Shown piece by piece: positions 9,298 to 18,568 of a stretch of 64,000 bases of DNA. Under the pieces are notes generated by a model. It did no database searches, was not told the origin of the DNA, and saw only the letters and a list, made by a program, of their open reading frames with translations. Origin of the DNA: an uncultured Porphyromonadaceae bacterium (GTDB lineage: Bacteria; Bacteroidota; Bacteroidia; Bacteroidales; Muribaculaceae); assembly GCA_947073495.1 (NCBI GenBank), contig CAMTMX010000003.1:9702-73701 (forward strand). Direction: 5' to 3'. The position numbers were made by a program, and so were the translations under genes. Numbering within the stretch: position 1 is the stretch's first letter; every line of letters begins with the position of its first letter.

Positions 9298-10140
9298 ATG
9301 AAAACATTTAAACCATTTCATTCTCTATTCTTTACCATATCCCTCCTTTTTGCCTCTGAAATCGGTGCGACTTCCCCAAAATATCTTGCATTGGTAGATT
9401 CTGCTGACAATTTCATAAAAAAGGAACAATGGATGCAGGCGGAACACACTATAATCTCCGCTCTCAGGTTGGAACCGGCGAACTACACTAATTCTTTACT
9501 TTTCTCAAATCTCGGGGTTGTCCGCACTGAACAAGGAAAGTATAAGGATGCTCTTGAAGCTTTCTCACTTGGTCTATCAATCGCACCGGATTCAAAAGGA
9601 ATATTAAATAATCGCGCTCGTACTTTTATGCTCATGAACGACTACGATCGTGCCATGACAGATCTTTCAGAAAGCCTGCGCATAGATTCAATACAAGAAT
9701 GGACTCTTCAGATGAGAGGACTTTTGCGAATAAATGCCAAAGATACTGTCGGGGCAAGACATGACTTTCTTTTGCTTGCCAAAAATTTTCATCGAAACGA
9801 CCGGGCATTTGCAGGCCTCGCGAAAATATCGGAATGGGAGGGAAACTATGACGACGCTCTTAAATATTACAATGAGGCAATAATCATAAACGATGAGCCG
9901 GAAATCAGATCTGAGCGTATCATGTTGAAGATAAGAACAGATAAATACTCAGACGCTTCGCGAGATATTAAAGAAAGTATCGAGAAGTATCCACAGGAGC
10001 CTGTTTTTTATCTTTTGAGAGGACATCTCCATCGACTAAACTATCGTTATGACGAAGCGGAAGCTGATAAAAAAATTGCAATCAACAAAGGGGCTGACCC
10101 ACAAATCGTTGAACGTTTTATCCCCAAAAGCGGTAAATAA
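9298..10140 (+). CDS. TPR-repeat protein with signal peptide
   Basis: Repeated A/Y/L-rich 34-aa-like units (for example YDDALKYYNEAIIIN). The ATG at 9298 is preferred over the TTG at 9283. Confidence 0.65.
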   Translation: MKTFKPFHSLFFTISLLFASEIGATSPKYLALVDSADNFIKKEQWMQAEHTIISALRLEPANYTNSLLFSNLGVVRTEQGKYKDALEAFSLGLSIAPDSKGILNNRARTFMLMNDYDRAMTDLSESLRIDSIQEWTLQMRGLLRINAKDTVGARHDFLLLAKNFHRNDRAFAGLAKISEWEGNYDDALKYYNEAIIINDEPEIRSERIMLKIRTDKYSDASRDIKESIEKYPQEPVFYLLRGHLHRLNYRYDEAEADKKIAINKGADPQIVERFIPKSGK

Positions 10141-10179
10141 ATTCATATTTTTTTGATTCATCGATATAAAAAAATTTAC

Positions 10180-10187
10180 TAACTTTG
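10180..10187 (+). promoter_or_regulatory. Bacteroides-type -7 box TAACTTTG
   Basis: TAnnTTTG match 39 nt upstream of the 10226 start. Confidence 0.4.
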
Positions 10188-10225
10188 CACTCGCAAAATC
10201 ACCGATAAGGTATTATTATTGCATC

Positions 10226-11170
10226 ATGAATTTCTTTTTCCAACATATCGAATATCTTTTGCTCCGTCACGATTGTGTTATTGTTCCGGGGCTTGGTGCG
10301 TTTATTGCAACCACGGCACCTGCAAAGATCGATATGGAGAAAGGGATACTGACCCCCTCATATCGCGCTCTGATGTTCAATCAGGCTGTATCACTCGATG
10401 ATGGGCTGTTAGCTAATTCTATAGCGCGCAAAGCCGGTATCTCTTTTGAAGATGCACGCAATGCTATTGTCCGGTGCGTCTCAACAATCAAAGATATAAT
10501 TAAGACACAAGGGTTAGTAAAGATTGGCTCGCTGGGATTTTTACAACTTGGTGAAGAAAACAATCTTATCTTTTCTCCGGCTAAATCAGATGTGGCTTCA
10601 TACGAAGAGTTGGGCTATCACACCATTCATCTCAACACTGAATCCGTAATTGACAATAATGTATCCATAGCGGATGAAGTTATTAATCCTGATAATAGTT
10701 ATTATCAATTTAAAATCAGCAAAACTTTCACCCGGATTGCTGCAATGATTGCTGTGATGGTTGTCGTAGCTTTAACAGTAATTCTAAATCCGTTGCCGGC
10801 AGATAACCGTGAACAGCGTGCATCAGTAGTTCCTGTTGAGAAAATTCTTCCAGCTTCAACTGAAAAATCCCGTCAAGAGACAACAGCTATTTGCCCTGAA
10901 TCTGAAGAGACAGACGTGATAGCTGAAGAAATTGCAGAAACTTCACCGATACACTATCTCATCGTCGCTACGTTCAGCAATTGTAAAGAAGCGGAAGCAT
11001 ACGCTGAAAAATATTCTACGGAAGAGTTTCCTCTCGCAGCAGTGGAATCACGCAAAATGACACGTGTGGCTGTTGCCCGATCCAACGATCGTGAAGAGAT
11101 GAGAAAGCGCCTCAACTCATCTGCAATTTCCAAACGCTTCCCAAACGCCTGGATCTGGACAACTAACTGA
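10226..11170 (+). CDS. HU-like domain / SPOR domain protein
   Basis: N-terminus HIEYLLLRHDCVIVPGLGAFI is typical of Bacteroidetes HU-CCDC81-like proteins; one TM helix; C-terminal SPOR-like YLIVATFSNCKEAEAY. Confidence 0.72.
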   Translation: MNFFFQHIEYLLLRHDCVIVPGLGAFIATTAPAKIDMEKGILTPSYRALMFNQAVSLDDGLLANSIARKAGISFEDARNAIVRCVSTIKDIIKTQGLVKIGSLGFLQLGEENNLIFSPAKSDVASYEELGYHTIHLNTESVIDNNVSIADEVINPDNSYYQFKISKTFTRIAAMIAVMVVVALTVILNPLPADNREQRASVVPVEKILPASTEKSRQETTAICPESEETDVIAEEIAETSPIHYLIVATFSNCKEAEAYAEKYSTEEFPLAAVESRKMTRVAVARSNDREEMRKRLNSSAISKRFPNAWIWTTN

Positions 11171-11183
11171 ATCCCCCAATAAT

Positions 11184-11244
11184 CTTGAGTGTGGTGCGAA
11201 CGAAGTGAGTACATCCGTCGACTAAAAACTATTGTCCAAACGCC
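11184..11244 (+). repeat. Dispersed intergenic motif, copy M2
   Basis: TGAGTGTGGTGCGAACGAAGTGAGTACATCCGTC. Its first 16 nt (TGAGTGTGGTGCGAAC) are identical to copy M3. Confidence 0.75.
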
Positions 11245-11325
11245 TAAAATCCACATTTATTTCAAGACACCACTGCCAATAAGTTTAACAAACTTATTTT
11301 TGTAGCCAAATTCAAACAGATACTT

Positions 11326-12531
11326 ATGGCTACACTGAAAATCAAGTTCCGCCCGTCTGCGTCTCAAGGCAAGGAGGGTAAAATCTTCTATCGGATAACC
11401 CATAACCGACAATCATGTCAGATTACAACAGACTACCACCTATTTGCCAACGAATGGGACGGCATCCGTTCAAAAGTAATCATACCTGAATCATGTTCCG
11501 AAAGGTTTGAACATGTGAATCAAACAGCTTTCCGTATCACATCCGATATTGAAAGACTCCATAACATAATCCGCCAATTTAGAAGAGCAGATCTACCCTA
11601 CTCTTCATCTGGAATAATAGAAAGGTTTCTTTTGCCGCAACAAGACATGGGGATGGTGGAATATATCTCATCTCTGGTCGACAGACTTATCAAGGCAGGA
11701 AAAGAATGCACAGCTAAGACCTATACTGCCGTTAAATCATCTTTTTCCAAATTTGCAAAGGAAAGAAATATTTGTATTCGGGATATGAATCCCGATTTGG
11801 TTATGTCGTTCGAATCCTTCCTTCTAAAATCCGGACTGTGTCCTAACAGTACATCATTCCACATGAGAAACCTGCGTGCAATCTATAACCGGGCTGTAGA
11901 AGAAGGGCTCACTGAACAAAACAATCCTTTCCGCAGGGTTTACACCGGGGTTGCAAAAACTGTAAAAAGAGCCGTGCCATTGTGCGGAATAAAGAAGATT
12001 AAAAATCTAAATCTTGAAAACAAGCCTGACCTTTGCTTTGCCCGCGACATGTTCATGTTTAGTTTTTATACAAGGGGAATGAGTATAATCGACATGTCAT
12101 ATCTCAAGAAAACTAATCTGGCTAACGGATTTCTTATCTATAGGAGAAAGAAAACCGGACAGACACTCACAATTAAATGGGAAAAACAAATGCAGGAAAT
12201 TGTAAGTAGATGTTCAATCGAATCATCATCCTACCTTCTCCCAATTCTTGATGATGAATGCACCGACACAAGGAAAAGATACCAGACAAAGGCTCAATAC
12301 ATTAACAGGAATCTAAAAGAAGTGGGGAAACTTGCAGGGTTGTCTATCCCTCTCACGCTTTACGTGGCAAGACATTGTTGGGCGTCTGTGGCAAGGAGTA
12401 AGAACATCCCTCTTGCAGTGATCAGTGAAGGTATGGGACACGACTCTGAAAAAACTACTCAGATATATCTCGCCGAACTCGATTCATATGCCGTTGACAG
12501 AGCGAACAAATTGATTATAAAATCTTTATAA
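11326..12531 (+). CDS. Tyrosine site-specific recombinase/integrase (Bacteroidetes Arm-binding N-terminus)
   Basis: N-terminus MATLKIKFRPS...GKIFYRI; catalytic ARHCWAS (Arg/His) and GHDSEKTTQIYL (His...Tyr). Confidence 0.9.
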   Translation: MATLKIKFRPSASQGKEGKIFYRITHNRQSCQITTDYHLFANEWDGIRSKVIIPESCSERFEHVNQTAFRITSDIERLHNIIRQFRRADLPYSSSGIIERFLLPQQDMGMVEYISSLVDRLIKAGKECTAKTYTAVKSSFSKFAKERNICIRDMNPDLVMSFESFLLKSGLCPNSTSFHMRNLRAIYNRAVEEGLTEQNNPFRRVYTGVAKTVKRAVPLCGIKKIKNLNLENKPDLCFARDMFMFSFYTRGMSIIDMSYLKKTNLANGFLIYRRKKTGQTLTIKWEKQMQEIVSRCSIESSSYLLPILDDECTDTRKRYQTKAQYINRNLKEVGKLAGLSIPLTLYVARHCWASVARSKNIPLAVISEGMGHDSEKTTQIYLAELDSYAVDRANKLIIKSL

Positions 12532-12557
12532 TTAATAATCCTTAATAATCTATTATA

Positions 12558-12579
12558 TATTCTTGGCAAGAATACGATT
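12558..12579. repeat. Inverted repeat, left copy (tattcttggcaagaatacgatt)
   Basis: Exact reverse complement of 12751-12772; verified base by base. Confidence 0.9.
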
Positions 12580-12587
12580 TATCATGG

Positions 12588-12618
12588 CAAAGTTAATTAA
12601 TAAACTGATAATAACAAA
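12588..12618 (-). promoter_or_regulatory. Consensus Bacteroides promoter inside the IR-flanked segment, firing leftwards through IR-L
   Basis: On the minus strand: -7 box TAACTTTG (12595-12588) and -33 TTTG (12618-12615), with a 19-bp spacer. Confidence 0.5.
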
Positions 12619-12659
12619 ATAATATTTTTTAATCTGTTTTTTTTGGTATCCAATCCTAT

Positions 12660-12689
12660 AAAAACGTAAAACATTTGTTTTACGTTTTT
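12660..12689. terminator. Symmetric hairpin (13-bp stem, A5/T5 flanks) inside the IR-flanked segment
   Basis: aaaaacgtaaaac-attt-gttttacgttttt; could terminate in either direction. Confidence 0.45.
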
Positions 12690-12750
12690 ACATTTCGTAT
12701 ATTTCATAATCCATTAATTATCAAAGTGTAATCATTCTAAATATATTCAT

Positions 12751-12777
12751 AATCGTATTCTTGCCAAGAATACGATT
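12751..12777. repeat. Inverted repeat, right copy, itself a 13-1-13 perfect palindrome
   Basis: aatcgtattcttg-c-caagaatacgatt; 12751-12772 is the reverse complement of 12558-12579. Confidence 0.9.
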
Positions 12778-12793
12778 AGCGAAAAACTGCGAT

Positions 12794-12834
12794 ATTCTCA
12801 CAATCAAAAATAATCTATTTTTGATTGTGAGAAT
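12794..12834. repeat. 41-bp perfect palindrome (19-bp arms, 3-nt centre)
   Basis: attctcacaatcaaaaata-atc-tatttttgattgtgagaat; checked base by base. Confidence 0.9.
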
Positions 12835-13006
12835 AGAAAATATCGTATTAATTGTAATTGATATAACAATTTTTGGGAAAGGGTTGCTTGTGAAAGTCGC
12901 CTTTCTCCTTTTATAAGTAGTAATAAAAATAGTATAAGTAGTAGGCTTCCGGACTCTTGAGAAAGCCTCCGGGAACAATCCTCGCTGATTCATTTCAGCG
13001 TAAAAC

Positions 13007-13041
13007 GAAGGCAGGGACATCGATCCCTGCCTTCAATTTTT
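13007..13041 (+). terminator. Orphan intrinsic terminator (no ORF ends here)
   Basis: gaaggcaggga-catcga-tccctgccttc (11-bp stem) followed by aattttt. Confidence 0.6.
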
Positions 13042-13193
13042 CTTAAATACCACCCTCTTCATACTCACCTCTATTCCTTATTCGAGCAAACTACCAAAAT
13101 GTATGTCAAGATAAAGGTCATAATTTATGAGGATGCTTTGTCGTAATCAAAATAATTACTACATTTGTATTTAAATAATAAATACATTTCATT

Positions 13194-14080
13194 ATGGGAA
13201 AATATATCAATCCGTTCACCGACGAAGGATTCAAGAGAATCTTCGGTCAAGAAATCAATAAGGATCTCCTGATCAGTTTTCTCAATGAATTGATTCATGG
13301 TGACAATCCCATAGTTGACATTGTTTTCCGTGACAAGGAGATATTTCCCCAGTTCTTCGACGGCAGAAGAATAATCTATGATATCTACTGCACCACCGAG
13401 AACGGGGAACATGTGATTGTCGAGATGCAGAATGCCGCCCAACCTTTTTTCAAAGACCGTTCAATCTTCTCACCGCATCAGCGATAGCGCAGCAGGGGGA
13501 GCGTGGAAAGGATTGGAACTTCGATGTCAAAAGAGTGTACAGCATATTTTTCCTTAATTTCTATATGGATGGTCTTAAGGACTGGTCACTCTGTTCGGAG
13601 GTGTCATTGCATTTCAGGGGCACAACTGAACAATTTTCAGACAAACTGCATCTATACTATATAACCCTTCCCAAAATGGAGAAGAGCGAGGCAGAGTGTG
13701 AGACAGATTTTGAAAGATGGATTTATATTCTTAAGCATATGGAGACACTTGAAAGGATGCCGTTCAAGGCACAGAATATGATTTTCGGTAGACTTGAGGA
13801 GGTCTGCAACCTCAATTCCCTGTCAAGACAGGAGCGTCTTAATTACGACGAATCTCTGAAAGTATATCGCGACGGCGTCGCCGTCATCGAATATGCCGTA
13901 CAACGAGGCAGAAAAGAAGGTATGGAGAAAGGTATCGAGAAAGGTAGAGAAGAAGGTAAACTCGAGGGCAGGAAGGAAACCCTTGTTGCAAGCATCCGCA
14001 ATATGAGGAATGCCGGATTAGACGATTCAACTATCGCCCTTTATTTAAATCTTTCTCCAAAAGAAGTAGCTAAATATTAA
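13194..14080 (+). pseudogene. Rpn-family recombination-promoting nuclease / PDDEXK_2 putative transposase, frameshifted near 13465-13471
   Basis: N-terminal part MGKYINPFTDEGFKRIFG...VEMQNAAQPFFKDRSIF stops at 13487. The family-typical continuation LTASAIAQQGERGKDWNFDVKRVYSIFFLNF is open in another frame and joins ORF 13535-14080. Confidence 0.7.
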
Positions 14081-14101
14081 TCTACAGAATTAAAAAAGTA
14101 A

Positions 14102-14140
14102 GGGTCATTGGCTTCTGAACCGCCAGTGACCCTCTCTTTT
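14102..14140 (+). terminator. Hairpin plus T-rich tail between convergent genes
   Basis: gggtcattggc ... gccagtgaccc (one G-U pair) followed by tctctttt. Confidence 0.55.
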
Positions 14141-14151
14141 AAGAAGTCCAT

Positions 14152-15756
14152 TTATCCGGATTTCCTAAACTGAATATACTTTATGCTGCATAATGATTTG
14201 CCGGGTTGCGAGGAAGAAAATTTCAGATAAAGCGGATGCTTCCCTTTTAAACCCTTTAATCCATGTAACGGAATGTTCACCTCGAAATTTTTATTCTTAT
14301 CCGTATTCTTTAATTCAAATTCACCGACCTGTTTCGGATTCCCTTTCCACGGAGCCTCAATAAACACTTCAATCTTCCCACCTATGTCCTCTGGGATAAG
14401 ATCAAGAACGAGGTCTGCATTATCCGATTCCGACAATTTATCAAATTTAAAATATTTATAACCAAGAATAGAACCGTCTGTGTTGTTGACCACAAGATTC
14501 ATATTCACATCAAGATTATATGGGTCAGGCATGGAATGGTCTTCAACGTATGCAGGTTCAAAATAAGGACCGGAATAATTCATCGCCGGATAAGTCTGAT
14601 ATGCTACAGTAGGACCGGTGAAATGAGAAGCGATTGCCGCAGGATATTTCTTAAACGGGTCAAGACCTTCAATCTCAAATCCTTCAGAGGTATACTCCCC
14701 TTCCGATATCGTCACTTTTCCTCCGGCACCAGGTTCCACCTTGACATAGATCGGGGCAACCATCGCTTGTCGGGCATACTCATCGAGACCGCTCTGCCGA
14801 TGATAGAAAACCCACCATTGACCGTTAATCTCAAGGATACTCCCATGAGTATTCCCATTGGGCGTTGCAGTCGGAATGGAGTTTCCGTTACCATCAATGT
14901 CTCGGCCCCTCCCATCAATTATTGTTCCTCCATAAGTGTAGGGACCGAGAGGATGATCTGAATAGGCGTATGCAAGCGTATAATTTGACTCAGGTAATCC
15001 CCATTCTCCGGTAGGTGCCATTCTGCTATATATGAAAACATATTTATCTCCAATCTTACGAATCGAGGAGGCTTCATAGAAATGACCCGGACCCTCATCA
15101 TCAATAGGAGTAACCAGATTAGTCACAATCTCGGTGCCAGGCTTGACTGTAGCCATAGTCATTGGGTCAAGTTCCGCGGCATGAGATGTCCCAAAGCCCC
15201 AATAACCATACACCCTTCCATCATCGTCTACAAACACAGCAGGGTCAAACCCCAAAACGCCAATTGTTTCTACAGGCTTATCCGGATTCCAGTTTATTAC
15301 CTCAAAAGGGCCGTCAGGTCTGTCGGATTTAGCGACCATTCCGTTTCTTCCACCACCCTGATTGTTGGGATAAAGATAATATTCTTTTTTACCATCCGGT
15401 AAAATCTTGACAGCTATATCAGGAGCATAGAGCACATCTCCCCTTCCATCTTCATGAAGAAGTTCTCCTTCACCATCAGTCTTGACTTCAAAAATTACCC
15501 CGTCATATCTCCAACTACTTAGGGAATCAACAGATGTTGACCAAACCACAAGATCTGTACCGCAATACATATTTTTCAACATGTCATGAGATCCGTAGAT
15601 ATACACTCTTTTTTTCCCCGGATTATCAGGGTCTTCGAATATATAAGGTTCTCCATCCGGAATATGCTCCCAAAGAGGGAGATAAGGATTAACTCCTTTC
15701 ATCACTGAAAAACACAGCAGCCCTAAGGCTGCTGTGAGTGGATATTTATATTTCAT
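14152..15756 (-). CDS. Secreted glycoside hydrolase family 43 protein with a C-terminal beta-sandwich (CBM-like) domain
   Basis: Signal peptide. NPYLPLWEHIPDGEPYIFEDPDNPGKKRVYIYGSHD matches my recollection of Bacteroides GH43 N-termini; not search-verified. Confidence 0.7.
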   Translation of the reverse strand: MKYKYPLTAALGLLCFSVMKGVNPYLPLWEHIPDGEPYIFEDPDNPGKKRVYIYGSHDMLKNMYCGTDLVVWSTSVDSLSSWRYDGVIFEVKTDGEGELLHEDGRGDVLYAPDIAVKILPDGKKEYYLYPNNQGGGRNGMVAKSDRPDGPFEVINWNPDKPVETIGVLGFDPAVFVDDDGRVYGYWGFGTSHAAELDPMTMATVKPGTEIVTNLVTPIDDEGPGHFYEASSIRKIGDKYVFIYSRMAPTGEWGLPESNYTLAYAYSDHPLGPYTYGGTIIDGRGRDIDGNGNSIPTATPNGNTHGSILEINGQWWVFYHRQSGLDEYARQAMVAPIYVKVEPGAGGKVTISEGEYTSEGFEIEGLDPFKKYPAAIASHFTGPTVAYQTYPAMNYSGPYFEPAYVEDHSMPDPYNLDVNMNLVVNNTDGSILGYKYFKFDKLSESDNADLVLDLIPEDIGGKIEVFIEAPWKGNPKQVGEFELKNTDKNKNFEVNIPLHGLKGLKGKHPLYLKFSSSQPGKSLCSIKYIQFRKSG

Positions 15757-15797
15757 TCTTTATTAAAGACAATTCAATTTTCACAAGAACATTTAAA

Positions 15798-15826
15798 TCA
15801 ACTTTCACTTGCGAAGCTTGAATCAG
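15798..15826 (-). terminator. Degenerate copy of the TCAAC-TTCGC hairpin family, directly after the ald stop codon
   Basis: tcaactttcacttgcgaagcttgaatcag resembles tcaactttcgcaagcgaaagttgaatta of E2, but the stem has 2 mismatches. Confidence 0.4.
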
Positions 15827-15827
15827 A

Positions 15828-16934
15828 TTACAACTCGAGTGGCGTATAAGGCATATCGAAAGCCTCAGCTACCGCTTTATAGACAATTTTACCGTCTACT
15901 ACATTCACTCCTTCTGCGAGCCCCGAATCTCTCTTGCATGCCTCTTTCCAGCCAAGATCGGCAAGACGAAGGGCATACGGAAGAGTTGCGTTAGTCAATG
16001 CCATCGTTGAAGTATAGGGCACAGCTCCCGGAATATTTGCCACCGCGTATTGAATCACACCGTCCACTTCATAAATCGGTTCAGAATGAGTGGTAGGATG
16101 AGTTGTCTCAAAACAGCCACCCTGATCTACAGCCACGTCTACCATCACAGAGCCTTTCTTCATTTTGCCGATCATATCGCGTGTGACAAGATGTGGAGCC
16201 TTAGCTCCCGGCACAAGCACCGAACCGATCACAAGATCCGTATCCGGCAGCTCCTGCTCTATGTTATGACGCGATGAGAACAGAGTCTTGACATTCTTCG
16301 GCATAGTGTCGGCACAATGCCGCAATGTATTGAGGTTGATATCGGTTATAGTGACCTCCGCACCCAGACCGGCTGCCATAAGTGCTGCGTTTCTGCCCAC
16401 GACACCAGCTCCGAGCACAAGAACCCTGGCAGGTCGTACCCCGGGCACACCACCCAACAAGACACCTCTTCCCCCTTGAGGTTTTTCAAGGAAACGTGCA
16501 CCCTCCTGAACAGACATGCGGCCGGCGACTTCACTCATCGGAATAAGAAGAGGAAGACGGCGGTCCCTATCAGTAACTGTTTCGTAGGCGATACACACCG
16601 CGCCGGACAGGATCATGGCATCGGTCAATTCCCGATCGCATGCAAAATGGAAATATGTAAAAACCACCTGGCCTCTCTTTATCAGAGAATATTCGGGCTT
16701 AATCGGCTCCTTGACTTTGATGATCATATCGGCAACAGCATAAACCTCTTCTATCGACGACAGAATCTCTGCACCCGCAGCCTTGTATTCATCATCAGAA
16801 AAACCGCTTCCCTCGCCTGCGGTATGTTGCACAAAAACTTTGTGACCGTGGTTTACAAGTTCTTTCACTCCTGCAGGGGTGGCGCCAACACGGTTTTCAT
16901 TGTTCTTAATCTCCTTGGGAATCCCGATTTTCAT
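15828..16934 (-). CDS. ald: Alanine dehydrogenase
   Basis: [24 protein letters not shown]-terminus and [17 protein letters not shown]-binding fold. Confidence 0.93.
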   Translation of the reverse strand: MKIGIPKEIKNNENRVGATPAGVKELVNHGHKVFVQHTAGEGSGFSDDEYKAAGAEILSSIEEVYAVADMIIKVKEPIKPEYSLIKRGQVVFTYFHFACDRELTDAMILSGAVCIAYETVTDRDRRLPLLIPMSEVAGRMSVQEGARFLEKPQGGRGVLLGGVPGVRPARVLVLGAGVVGRNAALMAAGLGAEVTITDINLNTLRHCADTMPKNVKTLFSSRHNIEQELPDTDLVIGSVLVPGAKAPHLVTRDMIGKMKKGSVMVDVAVDQGGCFETTHPTTHSEPIYEVDGVIQYAVANIPGAVPYTSTMALTNATLPYALRLADLGWKEACKRDSGLAEGVNVVDGKIVYKAVAEAFDMPYTPLEL

Positions 16935-17173
16935 AATATAGATTCTTTAAAGTTAATACCTTTAGAAACTGTTTATATTTATTTGTCGAAGGAATTGAGA
17001 GGATTTGTCGAGCAGATTTTTGATATTATGATGGAGTTATGGGGTTCTATAATGACTGAATAAATATCATAAAGATGCCGACAAAGACCTCAATAACAAG
17101 ACAACATAATTTTAAAAAAGTTTCTAAAACTTGAAGAAGAAGATTAGAGGAACCAAACGAAATCAAGAGCAAT

Positions 17174-17213
17174 AAAAAAGACAGACAGCACTTTGGTATG
17201 TGCTATCTGTCTT
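17174..17213 (-). terminator. Intrinsic terminator of the DUF1015 gene
   Basis: aagacagacagcac ... gtgctatctgtctt stem, with a T-run on the minus strand (aaaaaa on plus). Confidence 0.7.
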
Positions 17214-17251
17214 AGAAACTGTTTCTCAGTTGTTGTTCTGACGTCAAAATA

Positions 17252-18496
17252 TCAGTCAAGTTTGTGGATTATGAGGCCGGAACGGAGCTTCGGTTCAAAC
17301 CAGGTGGTTTTCGGAGGCATGATATTGCCGCTGTCAGCTATATTCATAAGCTGATCCATAGTGACAGGATAGAGCGCAAGAGCCATCTTCATTTCTCCGC
17401 TGTCAACTCTTCTCTTCAGTTCACCAAGACCTCTGATGCCACCAACGAAATCAATACGTTTGTCGCTACGGAGGTCGGTTATGCCGAGAATATCTCTAAG
17501 AATAAGATTAGAAGATACAGTCACGTCAAGCACTCCTATGGGGTCATTGTCGTCGTATGTGCCCGGTTTGGCTGTTAGAGAATACCACTTCCCTCCAAGA
17601 TAAAGGGCAAAATTATGAAGACCTGAAGGAGAATAAATTTCTTCTCCTTTCTCTTCGACCTCAAAATTCTCTTTCAATTTATTGAGGAATTCATCTTCAG
17701 AAAGACCATTAAGATCTTTTACAACACGATTATAGTCTATGATGCGGAGATGTGATGCAGGGAAAGCAACCGCAAGGAAATAATTATATTCCTCATCACC
17801 TTTATGGTTCGGGTTGTTCTTAGCCTTCTCAGCACCTACAAGAGCAGCAGCAGCAGAACGATGATGACCGTCTGCAATATAAAGATTGGGGATCTTTGCA
17901 AATTCTTCAGTCACCTTAGCAATTGTATCCTCCTCATCGATCACCCACAGAGTATGACCAAATCCATCGGGAGCTACGAAATCATATTCGGGCTCTTTTG
18001 CTGTGATGTCGCGGATAATCTGCTCAAGTGCCTCATTATCGGGGAATGCGAAAAATACTGGCTCGATATTGGCATTGTTAACACGGACATGCTTCATGCG
18101 GTCTTCCTCTTTGTCTCGACGTGTCAACTCATGTTTTTTGATTCTGCCCTCCATATAGTCATTGACCCATGCGCCAACAACAAAACCATACTGTGTTCTG
18201 CCATCCATTGTCTGGGCATAGATATAATAATTCTCTTTGCCGTCTTGCACAAGCCATCCTTCCTTCTGGAATTTGTTGAAATTCTCCACCGCCTTGTCAT
18301 ACACTTTGGGATCATGTTCATCAGTTCCAGGCTCAAAATCGATCTCAGGCTTGATGATATGGTAGAGTGATTTCTCATTTCCTTCTGCCTCTTTGCGTGC
18401 TTCCTCGCTATTTAGCACATCATACGGACGTGATACAACTTCCTCTACAAGTTCGCGGGGCGGACGCACACCGCGGAAAGGTTTTACTTTTGCCAT
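17252..18496 (-). CDS. DUF1015 family protein
   Basis: MAKVKPFRGVRPP...SRPYDVL N-terminus and ADGHHR motif characteristic of DUF1015. Confidence 0.85.
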   Translation of the reverse strand: MAKVKPFRGVRPPRELVEEVVSRPYDVLNSEEARKEAEGNEKSLYHIIKPEIDFEPGTDEHDPKVYDKAVENFNKFQKEGWLVQDGKENYYIYAQTMDGRTQYGFVVGAWVNDYMEGRIKKHELTRRDKEEDRMKHVRVNNANIEPVFFAFPDNEALEQIIRDITAKEPEYDFVAPDGFGHTLWVIDEEDTIAKVTEEFAKIPNLYIADGHHRSAAAALVGAEKAKNNPNHKGDEEYNYFLAVAFPASHLRIIDYNRVVKDLNGLSEDEFLNKLKENFEVEEKGEEIYSPSGLHNFALYLGGKWYSLTAKPGTYDDNDPIGVLDVTVSSNLILRDILGITDLRSDKRIDFVGGIRGLGELKRRVDSGEMKMALALYPVTMDQLMNIADSGNIMPPKTTWFEPKLRSGLIIHKLD

Positions 18497-18568
18497 GGTT
18501 AAATTTAAGATTAATTTAAGTTGTTAATGTGTTTTTGGTGTTTTATATAGAACGATTATATTCGTCTT

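Noticed and set aside
11171-11325. Searched for a tRNA/tmRNA att site next to the integrase
   Set aside because: I saw no cloverleaf-compatible sequence and no GTTCGAATC-type T-arm. I also recognised no tRNA, rRNA or tmRNA anywhere else in the window. The check was by eye only.
12558-12777. IR-flanked 215-bp unit interpreted as a MITE
   Set aside because: This is not fully excluded. However, no target-site duplication flanks it (atctattata versus cgattagcga). It also sits directly after a tyrosine recombinase and contains an outward-facing promoter. I therefore favour the inverton interpretation and list the MITE reading as its refutation test.
12721-13020. 99-aa minus-strand ORF in the integrase-Rpn spacer
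   Set aside because: It spans the IR-R site and the 41-bp palindrome and starts inside the terminator stem. The sequence is I/T/F/K-rich and low-complexity, with no motif. It is most likely non-coding.
16317-17063. 248-aa plus-strand ORF, plus other long antisense ORFs (639-1202, 17804-18370, 26167-26892, 30816-31283)
   Set aside because: Each lies almost entirely antisense to a confidently identified gene (ald, CPBP, DUF1015, nadC, aguB). Their composition is low-complexity and shadow-like, with no recognisable motifs. I treated them as shadow ORFs.
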